From the NCBI GenBank assembly GCA_938083135.1, contig CALLKY010000012.1, positions 986 to 64,985 of the forward strand: a stretch of 64,000 nucleotides of DNA. Reading direction: 5' to 3'. Below are positions 8,687 to 17,909 of the stretch, piece by piece (position 1 is the first letter of the stretch; each line of letters opens with the position of its first letter). A model generated the notes under the pieces. That model saw only the letters and a program-made list of their open reading frames with translations. It searched no databases and was not told the origin of the DNA. The DNA is from an uncultured Alphaproteobacteria bacterium (lineage in GTDB: Bacteria > Pseudomonadota > Alphaproteobacteria > Bin95). Position numbers and translations under genes: made by a program.

Positions 8687-9376
8687 TCATTCTAAACGCG
8701 CTTTTCCAAGATTGTCGCTGAATGAGGCAGCTTCGTCGCGCCAAATATCCGCCCATTGGCCGCTCTCGAACCCATCCATATAGGGCGCGCCTTCTGTGAA
8801 ATGCAGGATTGACTGATCTTCGAGCGCGCCGTCCGAATACCCGACGAGATGGTTCCAGCGGGTAGGTAGCGCGCCAATTTCAGACTCATCTGCCAACCAT
8901 CGGAAGCGGTGCAGGTCGAGCCCGCTGGCGGAATTCACATAGTCTGGCGTTAGCGCCCGGCAGCGTTCGGCATTCATGAGCATCACGCTGGACCAGTTCT
9001 TTTTCTCATACTGTGTCTGCTTAGCACCCCAGAACTTGGTTGCGTTCGCTGGCCGATGGTCATGCTGGACGCATTGCACTGCATATTGGCTGTCCCGCAG
9101 CGCCCAGAGTTTGGCGATGTCATCCAGGCAGAGGCAATCGCAGCCCATGAATATGGCCCACCCGGCATAGCCAGCAAGATAGGGTGCAAAGAACCGTGAG
9201 AACGAGAATTCTGTGGATTGCAGCGGGTCAATCTCCCGCTGGTACAGGGTGCCCAGGTTCTGAAGGGCGATTGGCGTGATCGAAACCGGTTCTGATGCGC
9301 GGCTGATGATTGAGTGCGCTAACACTTGAAAGCCAACAGCTTCCCGCCGGTCATATCCAATGAAGATTCGGATCAT
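8687..9376 (-). CDS. GT8-like (glycogenin/LPS glycosyltransferase-like) protein
   Basis: 229 aa. It begins MIRIFIGYDRREAVGF, has FMGCDCLCLDDIAKLW where the GT8 DxD region would sit, and has a late HFTEGAPY motif. The fold assignment is tentative. Confidence 0.55.
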   Translation of the reverse strand: MIRIFIGYDRREAVGFQVLAHSIISRASEPVSITPIALQNLGTLYQREIDPLQSTEFSFSRFFAPYLAGYAGWAIFMGCDCLCLDDIAKLWALRDSQYAVQCVQHDHRPANATKFWGAKQTQYEKKNWSSVMLMNAERCRALTPDYVNSASGLDLHRFRWLADESEIGALPTRWNHLVGYSDGALEDQSILHFTEGAPYMDGFESGQWADIWRDEAASFSDNLGKARLE

Positions 9377-9389
9377 TTGGTGGCTGCCG

Positions 9390-10370
9390 CTACAAATATC
9401 CGGCGCGGAGCAGGTCTTTCATGTGGATGATGCCCTTCAGCACGCCAGCTTCCACGACAAAAATATTGGAGATGCGCCGCTCGGTCATGATCTCAATCGC
9501 GTCCTGCATGCGGACATCGGGTGTGATGTTGACCGGGGTTGGATTCATTATGTCGCGGGCCGTCTTCTGGAAAAACTCAGGCGAGAAGGCGCGGCGTAGA
9601 TCACCATCGGTGATCGATCCAACCAATTTCCCGCCCTCATCCACAATACCAATACAGCCCATACCGCCAACTGCGAGTGCAGAGATAACGCCGCCCGCCT
9701 CCATGTCGGGTGTGGTGGTTGGCGGTACTTCGCCCTCGGTCGCCAGCCAGTCTTTGACATGCTGAAGCTGCAAGCCAAGTTTCCCACCCGGATGGACTTT
9801 GCCGAAATCTTCCCGGCTAAACCCGCGCGCCTCCATAACGGCGACAGCGAGCGCATCGCCAAGGGCCAAGGTTGCCGTGGTGGATGTTGTTGGCGCCAGG
9901 CCATTAGGGCAGGCTTCCGGCATATCCGGCAACTTCAACAGAATATTGGACCTGCGCCCAAGGATACTATCGGCGCGCTTGGTGATGCCGATGATTGGAA
10001 TGCCGACACGCTGGCCATAAGCCAGGATGTCCCGCATTTCGCGCGTATCGCCGGAATTTGATATCGCCAGCAGCACGCCGTCCCGATCCACCATGCCAAG
10101 ATCGCCATGGCTGGCTTCTGTTGGGTGCACGAAGAACGCAGGCGTTCCGGTGGATGCAAATGTCGCAGCGATTTTTGATCCGATATGCCCGGATTTGCCG
10201 ACACCGGTGACGATGCAATAGGTCTTGCAAGCCACTAACGTATCGACGGCGAGCGCAAACGCCGTGTCGAGACTGGCGGAAAGTGCGGCTAGGCCGTCAA
10301 TTTCTGCCTGAATAAGCGTTTGGCCAATGGTGACCGCGGTTGGGACTTTGGGGGATGATGTCTCTGCCAT
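9390..10370 (-). CDS. kpsF: arabinose-5-phosphate isomerase (KpsF/GutQ family; SIS plus tandem CBS domains)
   Basis: The SIS motif is GVGKSGHIGSKIAATFASTGTPAFFVHPTEASHGDLG. The C-terminal CBS pair includes ...IGIVDEGGKLVGSITDGDLRR... and FVVEAGVLKGIIHMKDLL. Confidence 0.9.
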   Translation of the reverse strand: MAETSSPKVPTAVTIGQTLIQAEIDGLAALSASLDTAFALAVDTLVACKTYCIVTGVGKSGHIGSKIAATFASTGTPAFFVHPTEASHGDLGMVDRDGVLLAISNSGDTREMRDILAYGQRVGIPIIGITKRADSILGRRSNILLKLPDMPEACPNGLAPTTSTTATLALGDALAVAVMEARGFSREDFGKVHPGGKLGLQLQHVKDWLATEGEVPPTTTPDMEAGGVISALAVGGMGCIGIVDEGGKLVGSITDGDLRRAFSPEFFQKTARDIMNPTPVNITPDVRMQDAIEIMTERRISNIFVVEAGVLKGIIHMKDLLRAGYL

Positions 10371-10456
10371 AGAGCGGCGGTTAGCAGATATTGATCACAG
10401 CCTGCAAGCATTGCTCTTGACGAGGCGCCCACGCGTATGCGACCCGCTTGGGTGAT

Positions 10457-10861
10457 ATGGAAAACCATCAACGATCATTCTCGCCCACTGCAATAGCGCT
10501 GACGGCTGTCCTGGCGCTGACGCTCAGCGCGTGTGGTGGCCCGCCCAGGCTGACCTATGACGGTACGCGGCCATCCACGCCGTCTGCGAATATTGGCGCA
10601 CGTGCTGGCGTTAATAGTTCAGCGCAGGCAAGCCCTGGATTAGACGCGATTGTGTTTGCCGCTGCTGGCTCCGTGTATTCAGTTGATGAGCCAGGGCTTG
10701 GCGGACCGGTCGAGCTAACGGTACTGCGCGCATACAACGCAGCTAGCGGGCGCCTGTGCAAACAAGTGTCCGTCCGCCGCGTTACCGATGGCGGCACGAG
10801 TGGCCGTGTCGCGTGCCAGGGTGATACCGGTTGGTACTGGTCGCCGGTTACGACCGGCTAG
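10457..10861 (+). CDS. hypothetical lipoprotein
   Basis: It has the lipobox LALTLSAC followed by GG. No family was recognised. The start is the ATG at 10457 (the tracked TTG is at 10448). Confidence 0.5.
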   Translation: MENHQRSFSPTAIALTAVLALTLSACGGPPRLTYDGTRPSTPSANIGARAGVNSSAQASPGLDAIVFAAAGSVYSVDEPGLGGPVELTVLRAYNAASGRLCKQVSVRRVTDGGTSGRVACQGDTGWYWSPVTTG

Positions 10862-10869
10862 GCATCTCC

Positions 10870-11730
10870 ATGCGACTGCCCATGCGCCCTGACCATCAGC
10901 CTAGGCCGCTTGTCAGCCGGGGCGTCTCTGCGCCATCCTTATTGAGTGAGCTGCTGCAAGGCTTGGCCGTGCAGCGACGCGTGATCGTGGCAATTATCCT
11001 GCGTGAAGTACGGACCCGGTTCGGCCAGTATCATTTGGGCTATCTATGGGCCGTGCTTGTGCCGCTGCTGTTGATCATGACGCTGGCCTTCGTATACGCA
11101 GCCCTTGGACGCCGCGCGGCCCACGGCGCATCCGTCGAGTTGCTGTTGCTGTCCGGCATGATGGCATGGCTGACGTTTATAGATACGCAGAACCAGGCAT
11201 CTCGAGCATACCAGACCAATCGGCAGCTTGTGGTTTATCCGATGGTGTCTGTGGTTGATATTGTGATTGCTCGGGCGCTTTTGGAGTTTGGCACCAAGCT
11301 TGCTGCCATGAGTGTCCTGACCGCACTGTTCTGGGCTGCTGGTTATGATGTGGGAATCGCGGACCCACTCGGAGTGGCAGCGGCAATGCTGACGGTGATC
11401 TATTTGGGCGCTATGTTTGGCCATACCATCGGCTGCGTTTTGGTGATCGTGCCATCGTTTCTATTTATTGTCGCGACGAGTAGACGTATCTTGTTTTACA
11501 CGTCCGGCGTGCTGTTCCTACTGTCAGATGTGCCCACCGAATGGCGGACATATGTGCTCTACAACCCTTTGGCCCACGTAATTGACATGATACGCGGCGC
11601 CTGGATTGATTCATATTCCGCCCCCTATGGTGATGTCGTGTACGTTGCTGGATGGGCTGTCGGGCTAACCGCTACTGCAGCCGTTGGTGAACTCGTCGCT
11701 CGCCGCCGCCGCCTTGGCGCGAACCAGTAG
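10870..11730 (+). CDS. kpsM: capsule polysaccharide ABC exporter permease (ABC-2 type)
   Basis: Six-TM ABC-2 permease with the N-terminal segment ILREVRTRFGQYHLGYLWAVL. It sits immediately upstream of the cognate ATPase. Confidence 0.85.
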   Translation: MRLPMRPDHQPRPLVSRGVSAPSLLSELLQGLAVQRRVIVAIILREVRTRFGQYHLGYLWAVLVPLLLIMTLAFVYAALGRRAAHGASVELLLLSGMMAWLTFIDTQNQASRAYQTNRQLVVYPMVSVVDIVIARALLEFGTKLAAMSVLTALFWAAGYDVGIADPLGVAAAMLTVIYLGAMFGHTIGCVLVIVPSFLFIVATSRRILFYTSGVLFLLSDVPTEWRTYVLYNPLAHVIDMIRGAWIDSYSAPYGDVVYVAGWAVGLTATAAVGELVARRRRLGANQ

Positions 11731-11739
11731 GGTGCGCCC

Positions 11740-12390
11740 ATGATCACGCTTGATGGCGTTAGCAAATCGTACCGGACAGCGAATGGATACCGGGTCATTC
11801 TGGATGACGTATCGATTCTGCTGCCGACGGATCGGCACATAGGGGTGCTTGGCCGCAACGGTGCGGGCAAATCGACATTGTTGCGCATGATCTCAGGCGA
11901 AGAAGAGCCGGATACCGGCAAGATTACCCGCCGCGCGCGCGTTTCCTGGCCGCTTGGCTTTACGGGCGGGTTTCACCCGGCGCTGACGGCACGGGAGAAC
12001 CTGCGTTTCATATCGCGCATCTACAACAGCGATATCGAAGAAGTAACCGCCTTCGTGGATGATTTCGCGGAGCTGGGCGACTATTTTGATATGCCGATCT
12101 CTACGCTGTCATCTGGCATGCGCGCCCGGCTGGCATTTGGGCTCAGTCTTGCCATGCGGTTCGATTTTTATCTGATTGATGAGATTGTTTCAGTCGGCGA
12201 CTATTGGTTCCGGGCGAAGGCGCAGGCGGAATTTGACCGTATCCGCAACGAAAGCGGCATGCTTTTAGTCTCGCATAGCCCTGCCACCATCCGTAAATTC
12301 TGTGATACAGGTCTGGTGCTTCGGAATGGCCGTTTGGTTATGTTCGATGCGCTTGAAGACGCAATCGACTTTTATCTTGATGATGATTAG
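11740..12390 (+). CDS. kpsT: capsule polysaccharide ABC exporter ATP-binding protein
   Basis: Walker A is GRNGAGKST, the signature is LSSGMRARL, and Walker B is FYLIDE. At 216 aa it has the typical KpsT size. Confidence 0.9.
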   Translation: MITLDGVSKSYRTANGYRVILDDVSILLPTDRHIGVLGRNGAGKSTLLRMISGEEEPDTGKITRRARVSWPLGFTGGFHPALTARENLRFISRIYNSDIEEVTAFVDDFAELGDYFDMPISTLSSGMRARLAFGLSLAMRFDFYLIDEIVSVGDYWFRAKAQAEFDRIRNESGMLLVSHSPATIRKFCDTGLVLRNGRLVMFDALEDAIDFYLDDD

Positions 12391-12402
12391 GGACAGGCAC
12401 CT

Positions 12403-13605
12403 TTGAACGCGCAGGTCATAGCATCCGGCGGCAGCGCCCCGGCGACGACTGAAAAGCAACAGCCGCCGTCGAAGGTGATCCCAGCTGTGCGCCCATCTGC
12501 GCCTGGGCGCCGGCGGAAACGCAGTGGCGGCCTGCTCGGTGCCTTTGCCATGGTCGTGCTGGCACCAACGCTGCTGGCCGCGATCTATTTCGGCCTGATC
12601 GCATCGCCGCTCTATGTATCCGAAGCCCACGTCACGATCCGCTCAACAAAGCAGCAATCGACATCTTTGATTGAAGCTGTGGTGACACAGGGTGCCGGCG
12701 TCAATCTCGCCACGGAAACAGAATTGGTGGCTGATTATTTGCGATCCCGCGATCTGTTGAACCGGATTGAGAATCAAGTTGGCTTCCGTGAGCGCTATGC
12801 CACATATCAGGCAGACTTTTTCTCCCGCCTAGAACCCGGTGCTTCCCGGGAAGAAGCCCATAAATACTTCCAACAGGTGGTCCAAGTTTCAGACACGGGC
12901 TCCGGGCTTTTGGAAATCAAGGTAAAGGCCTTCACGGCGGCTGATGCACACACGGTCATCCAAGCCGCGATTTCGGCGGCGGAAGTTGTCGTGAACCAGC
13001 TATCAGACCAAGCGCAAGCTGATGCGTTGACAGCTGCTGAAGCAGAAGTAACCCGCGCACTTGACCGCGTTACAGATGCCCTTGGCGCTATCGCGGCTTT
13101 CCAGCAAGCCAAGGGTGATATTGACCCCAGACGATCCGCTGAAGCGATACTGGCCGTTGTCGCCGGGTTGGAAGCAAGTTTGGCAGAGGCGCAGATTGAG
13201 CGCGCAGAGCTGCGGAGCGTCCTCCGCCCGACAGCGCCTGCTGTGAAAGCGCTTAATAGTCGTATTGGCGCGCTACAGCGGGAACTTGCACAAGCCCGTG
13301 CGCGTTTGGCTGACAATCGTGACAGCGATATTGCTGAAGATGTGCAGGCCTTCGACATTGAGCAAAAGAAGCTCCAATTGGCAGAACGCGCCTATGAATC
13401 CGCGCTGATTTCGCAACAGACAGCGCGACAGCAGGCCCAGAATGACCGCAGCTATCTGGTGGCCTATGTGCCGCCGTCGATGCCAGATGTCGCGACGGAG
13501 CCAAAGCGGCTGTATAAGATCACGACGGCATTTGTCGTCTCATTGCTGGCCTTTGGGGTCGGCGCACTCATTATCGGAGCGATCCGCGAACATGCGCGCG
13601 CCTAA
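12403..13605 (+). CDS. kpsE: capsule export inner-membrane/periplasmic adaptor (KpsE, PCP-3/GumC-like)
   Basis: It has an N-terminal TM segment (AMVVLAPTLLAAIYFGLIASPLYVSEA), a long coiled-coil periplasmic region and a C-terminal TM segment. It lies between kpsT and kpsD. The start is TTG. Confidence 0.8.
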   Translation: MNAQVIASGGSAPATTEKQQPPSKVIPAVRPSAPGRRRKRSGGLLGAFAMVVLAPTLLAAIYFGLIASPLYVSEAHVTIRSTKQQSTSLIEAVVTQGAGVNLATETELVADYLRSRDLLNRIENQVGFRERYATYQADFFSRLEPGASREEAHKYFQQVVQVSDTGSGLLEIKVKAFTAADAHTVIQAAISAAEVVVNQLSDQAQADALTAAEAEVTRALDRVTDALGAIAAFQQAKGDIDPRRSAEAILAVVAGLEASLAEAQIERAELRSVLRPTAPAVKALNSRIGALQRELAQARARLADNRDSDIAEDVQAFDIEQKKLQLAERAYESALISQQTARQQAQNDRSYLVAYVPPSMPDVATEPKRLYKITTAFVVSLLAFGVGALIIGAIREHARA

Positions 13606-15352
13606 GTTTCTCCTCGCAGCCCTGGCGGCTTATTTCGCCCTAGCGCTTGCCCCGCCTGCCATCGCCGTTGATGAAGACGCGCTGGACCGTGTGCGCAAGT
13701 TCGCCATTGGCTCAGCTGCTGCTGAAGCTGCCGCCCGCAGCCGCTCTAATGCTGCAGCAGCCAGCGCTGCGCGGTCTGCCGCTGCTGCGCAGAATGAAAC
13801 TGGCCAGGAAGCCGCAGGCATCGCTGGCGAGGCAGATGCGCGCCGTGATGTGGAACGGGCAGAACGCCGGGCCCGACCCTTCGGCTGGAACCTCTTCAAC
13901 GGCCAGTTCGCGACCAATACGGCCAATGGGCTCAATCCTGGCTATCTTATCGCGCCGGGTGATCGGGTTCAGGTCAATCTATTTGGTGCTAAGGCCTACA
14001 ACGAAGTCACGGTGGTAGACGCCCAGGGTAATTTGTTCGTGCCAGAGGTTGGCCCAATCCGGGTCGCAGGCGTATCGAATTCCCGGCTGCAATCGACTGT
14101 GCAGGCCAAAGTCTCCCGGGTCTTCACGGACAATGTGCAGGTCTATGTAAATCTTCTGGGTGCGCAGCCGACTGGAGTGTTCGTGACCGGTGCCGTGATG
14201 CGCCCTGGGCGCTATGGCGGCCTGCCGAACGACTCGCTGCTGTCTTTCATCGACAAAGCTGGCGGGATTGATGTTCGCAGTGGGTCATTCCGGGATGTGC
14301 GTATTCTGCGGGCAGGCCAGGAAATTGAACGGGCGGATTTGTATGAATTCCTGGTCCGGGGTCAATTGCCAACGCCGCAATTTAGGGAAGGCGATACAAT
14401 CCTGATCGGCCCTATCGGCGGATCTGTGACAGTTGACGGTGCTGTTAGAGCGCCCGCAGCGCTGGAATTCCAACGGTTCCCAGTGCTGGGGCAGGAACTT
14501 GTGAGCTACGCCCGCCCAACATCAGACGCTACGCATGTCGCTCTGAGTGGTATCCGGGGCGGACAGCCCTTCAACACCTACATGAGCTATAGCCAGTTTC
14601 TACAAACCAGCCTTGGTGACGGTGATCTGGTGACGTTTCAGGCGGACCTGCGCGCAGGCAAAGTATTTGTGGAAGTGGACGGTGCGCATCTGGGTGCAAG
14701 CCGTTTCGCAGTCCCACGCGGTGCCAGGATTGAGGACGTTCTGGACCTCGTGGAAGTGAACCCGGATGTTGCCGCGACACAGTCAGTCTATCTCCGCCGC
14801 GATAGTGTCGCGCGGGACCAGAAACGGGCGCTCGATCGTTCGCTTGACGCGCTGGAACGTTCGGCACTCGCGGCTCTTAATCAGACGACCAGCCAAGCCG
14901 ATATCCGCGAACGCGAGGCCCGGCTGGTGCTGGACTTCATCAAACGTGCGCGGGATGTGCAGCCCGATGGCCGTGTCGTGATTTCAACAGATGCCGGCCG
15001 TGCGAACGTTATGCTGGAAGCGGGCGATGTGATCATCGTACCGCAGCGCACCGATCTTGTGCTGATTTCAGGCGAAGTGACCTTGCCGCAATCAGTTGCG
15101 CATATCTCCGGCGCGTCGGTTGAGGATTACGTCGCCCGGGCTGGCGGGTATGCCGAACGGGCTGATCCAGAGAAAATTATCATCATCCGGGCGAGCGGCG
15201 AGGCCTTGAACGGTCCTGGCGTTCAGGTTCGCCCGGGTGACCAGATCATGGTGCTACCCGTTGTCGATGTTAAATCCTTTGAAATCGGTAAGGATGTCCT
15301 AGACGTGCTGTTCCGCGTCGCAATTATTGCGGCGACGGTTATTGCGCTGTAA
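13592..15352 (+). CDS. kpsD: polysaccharide export protein (KpsD/Wza-like, Poly_export plus SLBB repeats)
   Basis: It has the signal peptide MRAPKFLLAALAAYFALALAPPAIA. The Poly_export motif is YLIAPGDRVQVNLFG...GNLFVPEVGPIRVAGV, followed by repeated SLBB-like GD.I.VP segments. The ATG at 13592 overlaps the kpsE end by 14 nt. Confidence 0.85.
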   Translation: MRAPKFLLAALAAYFALALAPPAIAVDEDALDRVRKFAIGSAAAEAAARSRSNAAAASAARSAAAAQNETGQEAAGIAGEADARRDVERAERRARPFGWNLFNGQFATNTANGLNPGYLIAPGDRVQVNLFGAKAYNEVTVVDAQGNLFVPEVGPIRVAGVSNSRLQSTVQAKVSRVFTDNVQVYVNLLGAQPTGVFVTGAVMRPGRYGGLPNDSLLSFIDKAGGIDVRSGSFRDVRILRAGQEIERADLYEFLVRGQLPTPQFREGDTILIGPIGGSVTVDGAVRAPAALEFQRFPVLGQELVSYARPTSDATHVALSGIRGGQPFNTYMSYSQFLQTSLGDGDLVTFQADLRAGKVFVEVDGAHLGASRFAVPRGARIEDVLDLVEVNPDVAATQSVYLRRDSVARDQKRALDRSLDALERSALAALNQTTSQADIREREARLVLDFIKRARDVQPDGRVVISTDAGRANVMLEAGDVIIVPQRTDLVLISGEVTLPQSVAHISGASVEDYVARAGGYAERADPEKIIIIRASGEALNGPGVQVRPGDQIMVLPVVDVKSFEIGKDVLDVLFRVAIIAATVIAL

Positions 15353-15367
15353 CGCGCCGTACAGCCC

Positions 15368-16669
15368 GTGCGCGTTCTGATCCTCTCAGCTGCACCTGCA
15401 GTCACGGACGCTCGGGTTCGGGCGACAGCACTTTCGCTTGCGGCACTTGGGCATGATGTTGACGTAGTGTGCCGCACAGCTGCGGCAGAAATTGGAGTAC
15501 CGCAGCAAGAAGACATTGGGAGCGCTCGGCTCGCCCGGATTGCATTTAATGATGTCTCGAAGCTGGATAACAGGTCCGGTCTTGGCGGCTTGGGGCGCGG
15601 TTGGCTGCAGTATCTTTCTTGGCTGCGTCGGATGGCGCTCAAGTTAAAGCGTCCCGGTGCGGCGCGTGCATTGGCGCTGACGCAGGAGTTTTGGGCGATT
15701 GGGCCGCAGGCAGAGCAAGTGCTGGCTGGGGCTGATGTAGATGTCGTGCATGCGGTCGGCCTGCCAGCATTGCCAGGTGCGGGGCGGTTGGCTAAGCGAT
15801 GGGGTGCGGCGCTCGTCTACGACTCTGTTGAGCTGGAGCAAGACCGGAACACCCAGTATTTCGGCCCGTTTGGTTGGTTGCGGATGCGGCTGGAAAAAAC
15901 CTGGATCCGCCGGGCCACCGCTGTGACGACGGTCTCATCGGAGATTTCAAAGCACCTGGCGCGGCTTTACGGCATCACCCCGCCGGAGATCATCCACAAT
16001 ATTGCGGCCAGCCGCGAATCAAAAGAAACGATCCGGGATGTGCTGTCGACGCCTGATGCTGCGCCAATGGCTGTTTATGTCGGTGCTGCGGGATTTGGCC
16101 GTGGGCTTATGCCGTCCCTGGAGATGCTGCTAGCCGCACCGGAGTTTTATTTGGGCATTGTCGGGCCACAGGAAGACCGTTTCCGGCTGCGCTTTCAACT
16201 GGCGGCGGATCGGCTTCAGGTCTCGAAAAGGGTTGGCATGGCCCTGGCGCGCCCGCCGATCGAGGCCGCATCATTCGTAAGTTCAGCCAATGTTGCATTG
16301 GCGTTGATAGAGCCGGTGTGCCTGTCCTATGCCTACGCGCTACCCAACAAATTGTTCCAGGCTGTGCAAGCAGGGCTACCGATTGTGGTTGGGCGCACAC
16401 CATCCCTCGCGCGGCTCGTCACTGCCTGTGGTCTTGGCGAAACCGTGGATGAGCGGGACCCGGTTGGAGTGGCAGCGGCTGTCCGCCGCCAGGCAGCCCG
16501 GCATGGTACAGGTGAGTACAAGGCAGCCCGTGCGCTGTTTCTATCCGAATATGACGAAAATGCGGCGATATCTGCTTGGGCGCGCCTTTATGCGGGCTTA
16601 CTTCCAAGGTTAGGTGATGACCGTCACAGACTCGTTGCAGATGGAACTTCGCAGAGCCGTAATCATTGA
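15368..16669 (+). CDS. glycosyltransferase, GT-B fold (GT4-like)
   Basis: The N-terminus MRVLILSAAP...LGHDVDVV and the C-terminal YALPNKLFQAVQAGLPIVVG are typical of GT4 enzymes. The start is GTG. Confidence 0.7.
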   Translation: MRVLILSAAPAVTDARVRATALSLAALGHDVDVVCRTAAAEIGVPQQEDIGSARLARIAFNDVSKLDNRSGLGGLGRGWLQYLSWLRRMALKLKRPGAARALALTQEFWAIGPQAEQVLAGADVDVVHAVGLPALPGAGRLAKRWGAALVYDSVELEQDRNTQYFGPFGWLRMRLEKTWIRRATAVTTVSSEISKHLARLYGITPPEIIHNIAASRESKETIRDVLSTPDAAPMAVYVGAAGFGRGLMPSLEMLLAAPEFYLGIVGPQEDRFRLRFQLAADRLQVSKRVGMALARPPIEAASFVSSANVALALIEPVCLSYAYALPNKLFQAVQAGLPIVVGRTPSLARLVTACGLGETVDERDPVGVAAAVRRQAARHGTGEYKAARALFLSEYDENAAISAWARLYAGLLPRLGDDRHRLVADGTSQSRNH

Positions 16670-16770
16670 CGGTTCAGTAAGCCAGTGCCATGTAGGTACA
16701 TACCCAACAATGATATTTGGCACGTAAGCTGAATGTTAGGCGGAAAGATCGCCACCAACCGGGGGACGTC

Positions 16771-17835
16771 ATGATTCAGTCTTTTGAAGGCGCAGTAGTC
16801 GCTGTTACCGGCGCTGCCGGTACGGTCGGTAAAGAGCTGGTCCGCCAGCTGCTTAATGAGCCGACAGAACAGGTACGTGCGCTCGATAATAACGAAACAG
16901 GCTTATTTGAGCTTGAGCATGAAATGAACAAGCCGGGCCAGCTGGCCGCGTTCTTGTGCGACATCTCCCGCGAAGAAGGTTTGATGCGCTTCCTCGACGG
17001 TGTGGACTATGTGTTCCATGCCGCTGCGCTGAAGCATGTGCCGCTTTGTGAAAATAGCCCGTTTGAGGCTGTGCGCGTCAATGTGCATGGCATGGAAAAC
17101 GTCATTCGCGCCTCCTTGGCTGGTGGCGTGAAGAAAGTGCTTTTCACTAGCTCCGATAAAGCGGTTAACCCAACCAGCGTGATGGGCACGACCAAGCTGA
17201 TGGGTGAGCGCCTGATTACGGCAGCACAGAACCTTTCCAGCGCACGCCGCCCGACGATCTTTGCATCGACGCGGTTTGGCAATGTGGTAGGCTCACGCGG
17301 CTCGGTCCTGCCACTGTTCATGCAGCAGATTGAGCGCGGCCTGCCAATTACATTGACGCACAATGAGATGACCCGCTTCATGATGACCTTGGAAGAGGCA
17401 TCAGGGCTTGTTATCGACTCGATCCGCTACGCGTCCGGCGGCGAAAACTTCATCACCAAAATGCCAGTAATGCGCATCCGCGATGTTGCTGAAGTCATGG
17501 TGGATATGATGGCCCCATACTATGGTCGCGATCCACGGGATTCTGAGATCAAGATCATTGGCATGCGCCCTGGTGAGAAACTCTATGAAGAGCTTTCAAC
17601 GGCCGAAGAATTGGCACGTATGTGGGATTGCGGGCGTTACTTCGTGGTTGATCCGCTGAATGTGGATGGTGAGCGCACTTACCCCAGTGATAACCCACAA
17701 CCCACGGACCGGGTCTATATCTCATCCACTGAACCAGCGATGAGCCATGAGGGCATCCGCTCCTTCATCGAAGCCGCGCAAGTCCTCCCGGAGGACTACG
17801 AGCCAGCCCCGACACCGCGCGTCGCGCTCGGCTGA
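16771..17835 (+). CDS. nucleotide-sugar 4,6-dehydratase/epimerase (Polysacc_synt_2; CapD/PseB/FlaA1-like)
   Basis: It has the Rossmann motif VTGAAGTVGKELVRQLL, then FHAAALKHVPLCENSP and TSSDKAVNPTSVMGTTKLMGE. The ATG at 16771 is preceded by GGGGGA. Confidence 0.85.
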   Translation: MIQSFEGAVVAVTGAAGTVGKELVRQLLNEPTEQVRALDNNETGLFELEHEMNKPGQLAAFLCDISREEGLMRFLDGVDYVFHAAALKHVPLCENSPFEAVRVNVHGMENVIRASLAGGVKKVLFTSSDKAVNPTSVMGTTKLMGERLITAAQNLSSARRPTIFASTRFGNVVGSRGSVLPLFMQQIERGLPITLTHNEMTRFMMTLEEASGLVIDSIRYASGGENFITKMPVMRIRDVAEVMVDMMAPYYGRDPRDSEIKIIGMRPGEKLYEELSTAEELARMWDCGRYFVVDPLNVDGERTYPSDNPQPTDRVYISSTEPAMSHEGIRSFIEAAQVLPEDYEPAPTPRVALG

Positions 17836-17858
17836 TCCAATCGTTCACTCACTTCTAA

Positions 17859-17898
17859 GAAAAGCCGCGCCTGGCTCAAACCGGGCGCGGCTTTTTCT
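17859..17898. terminator. bidirectional terminator between convergent genes
   Basis: The stem AGCCGCGCC (17863-17871) pairs with GGCGCGGCT (17884-17892). It is flanked by an A-run upstream and TTTTTCTT downstream. Confidence 0.7.
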
Positions 17899-17909
17899 TG
17901 TTCATTTGA

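Noticed and set aside
13650-13830. Alanine-rich low-complexity stretch near the KpsD N-terminus (AAAEAAARSRSNAAAASAARSAAAAQ).
   Set aside because: It is a compositionally biased linker after the signal peptide, not a nucleotide repeat or a separate feature.
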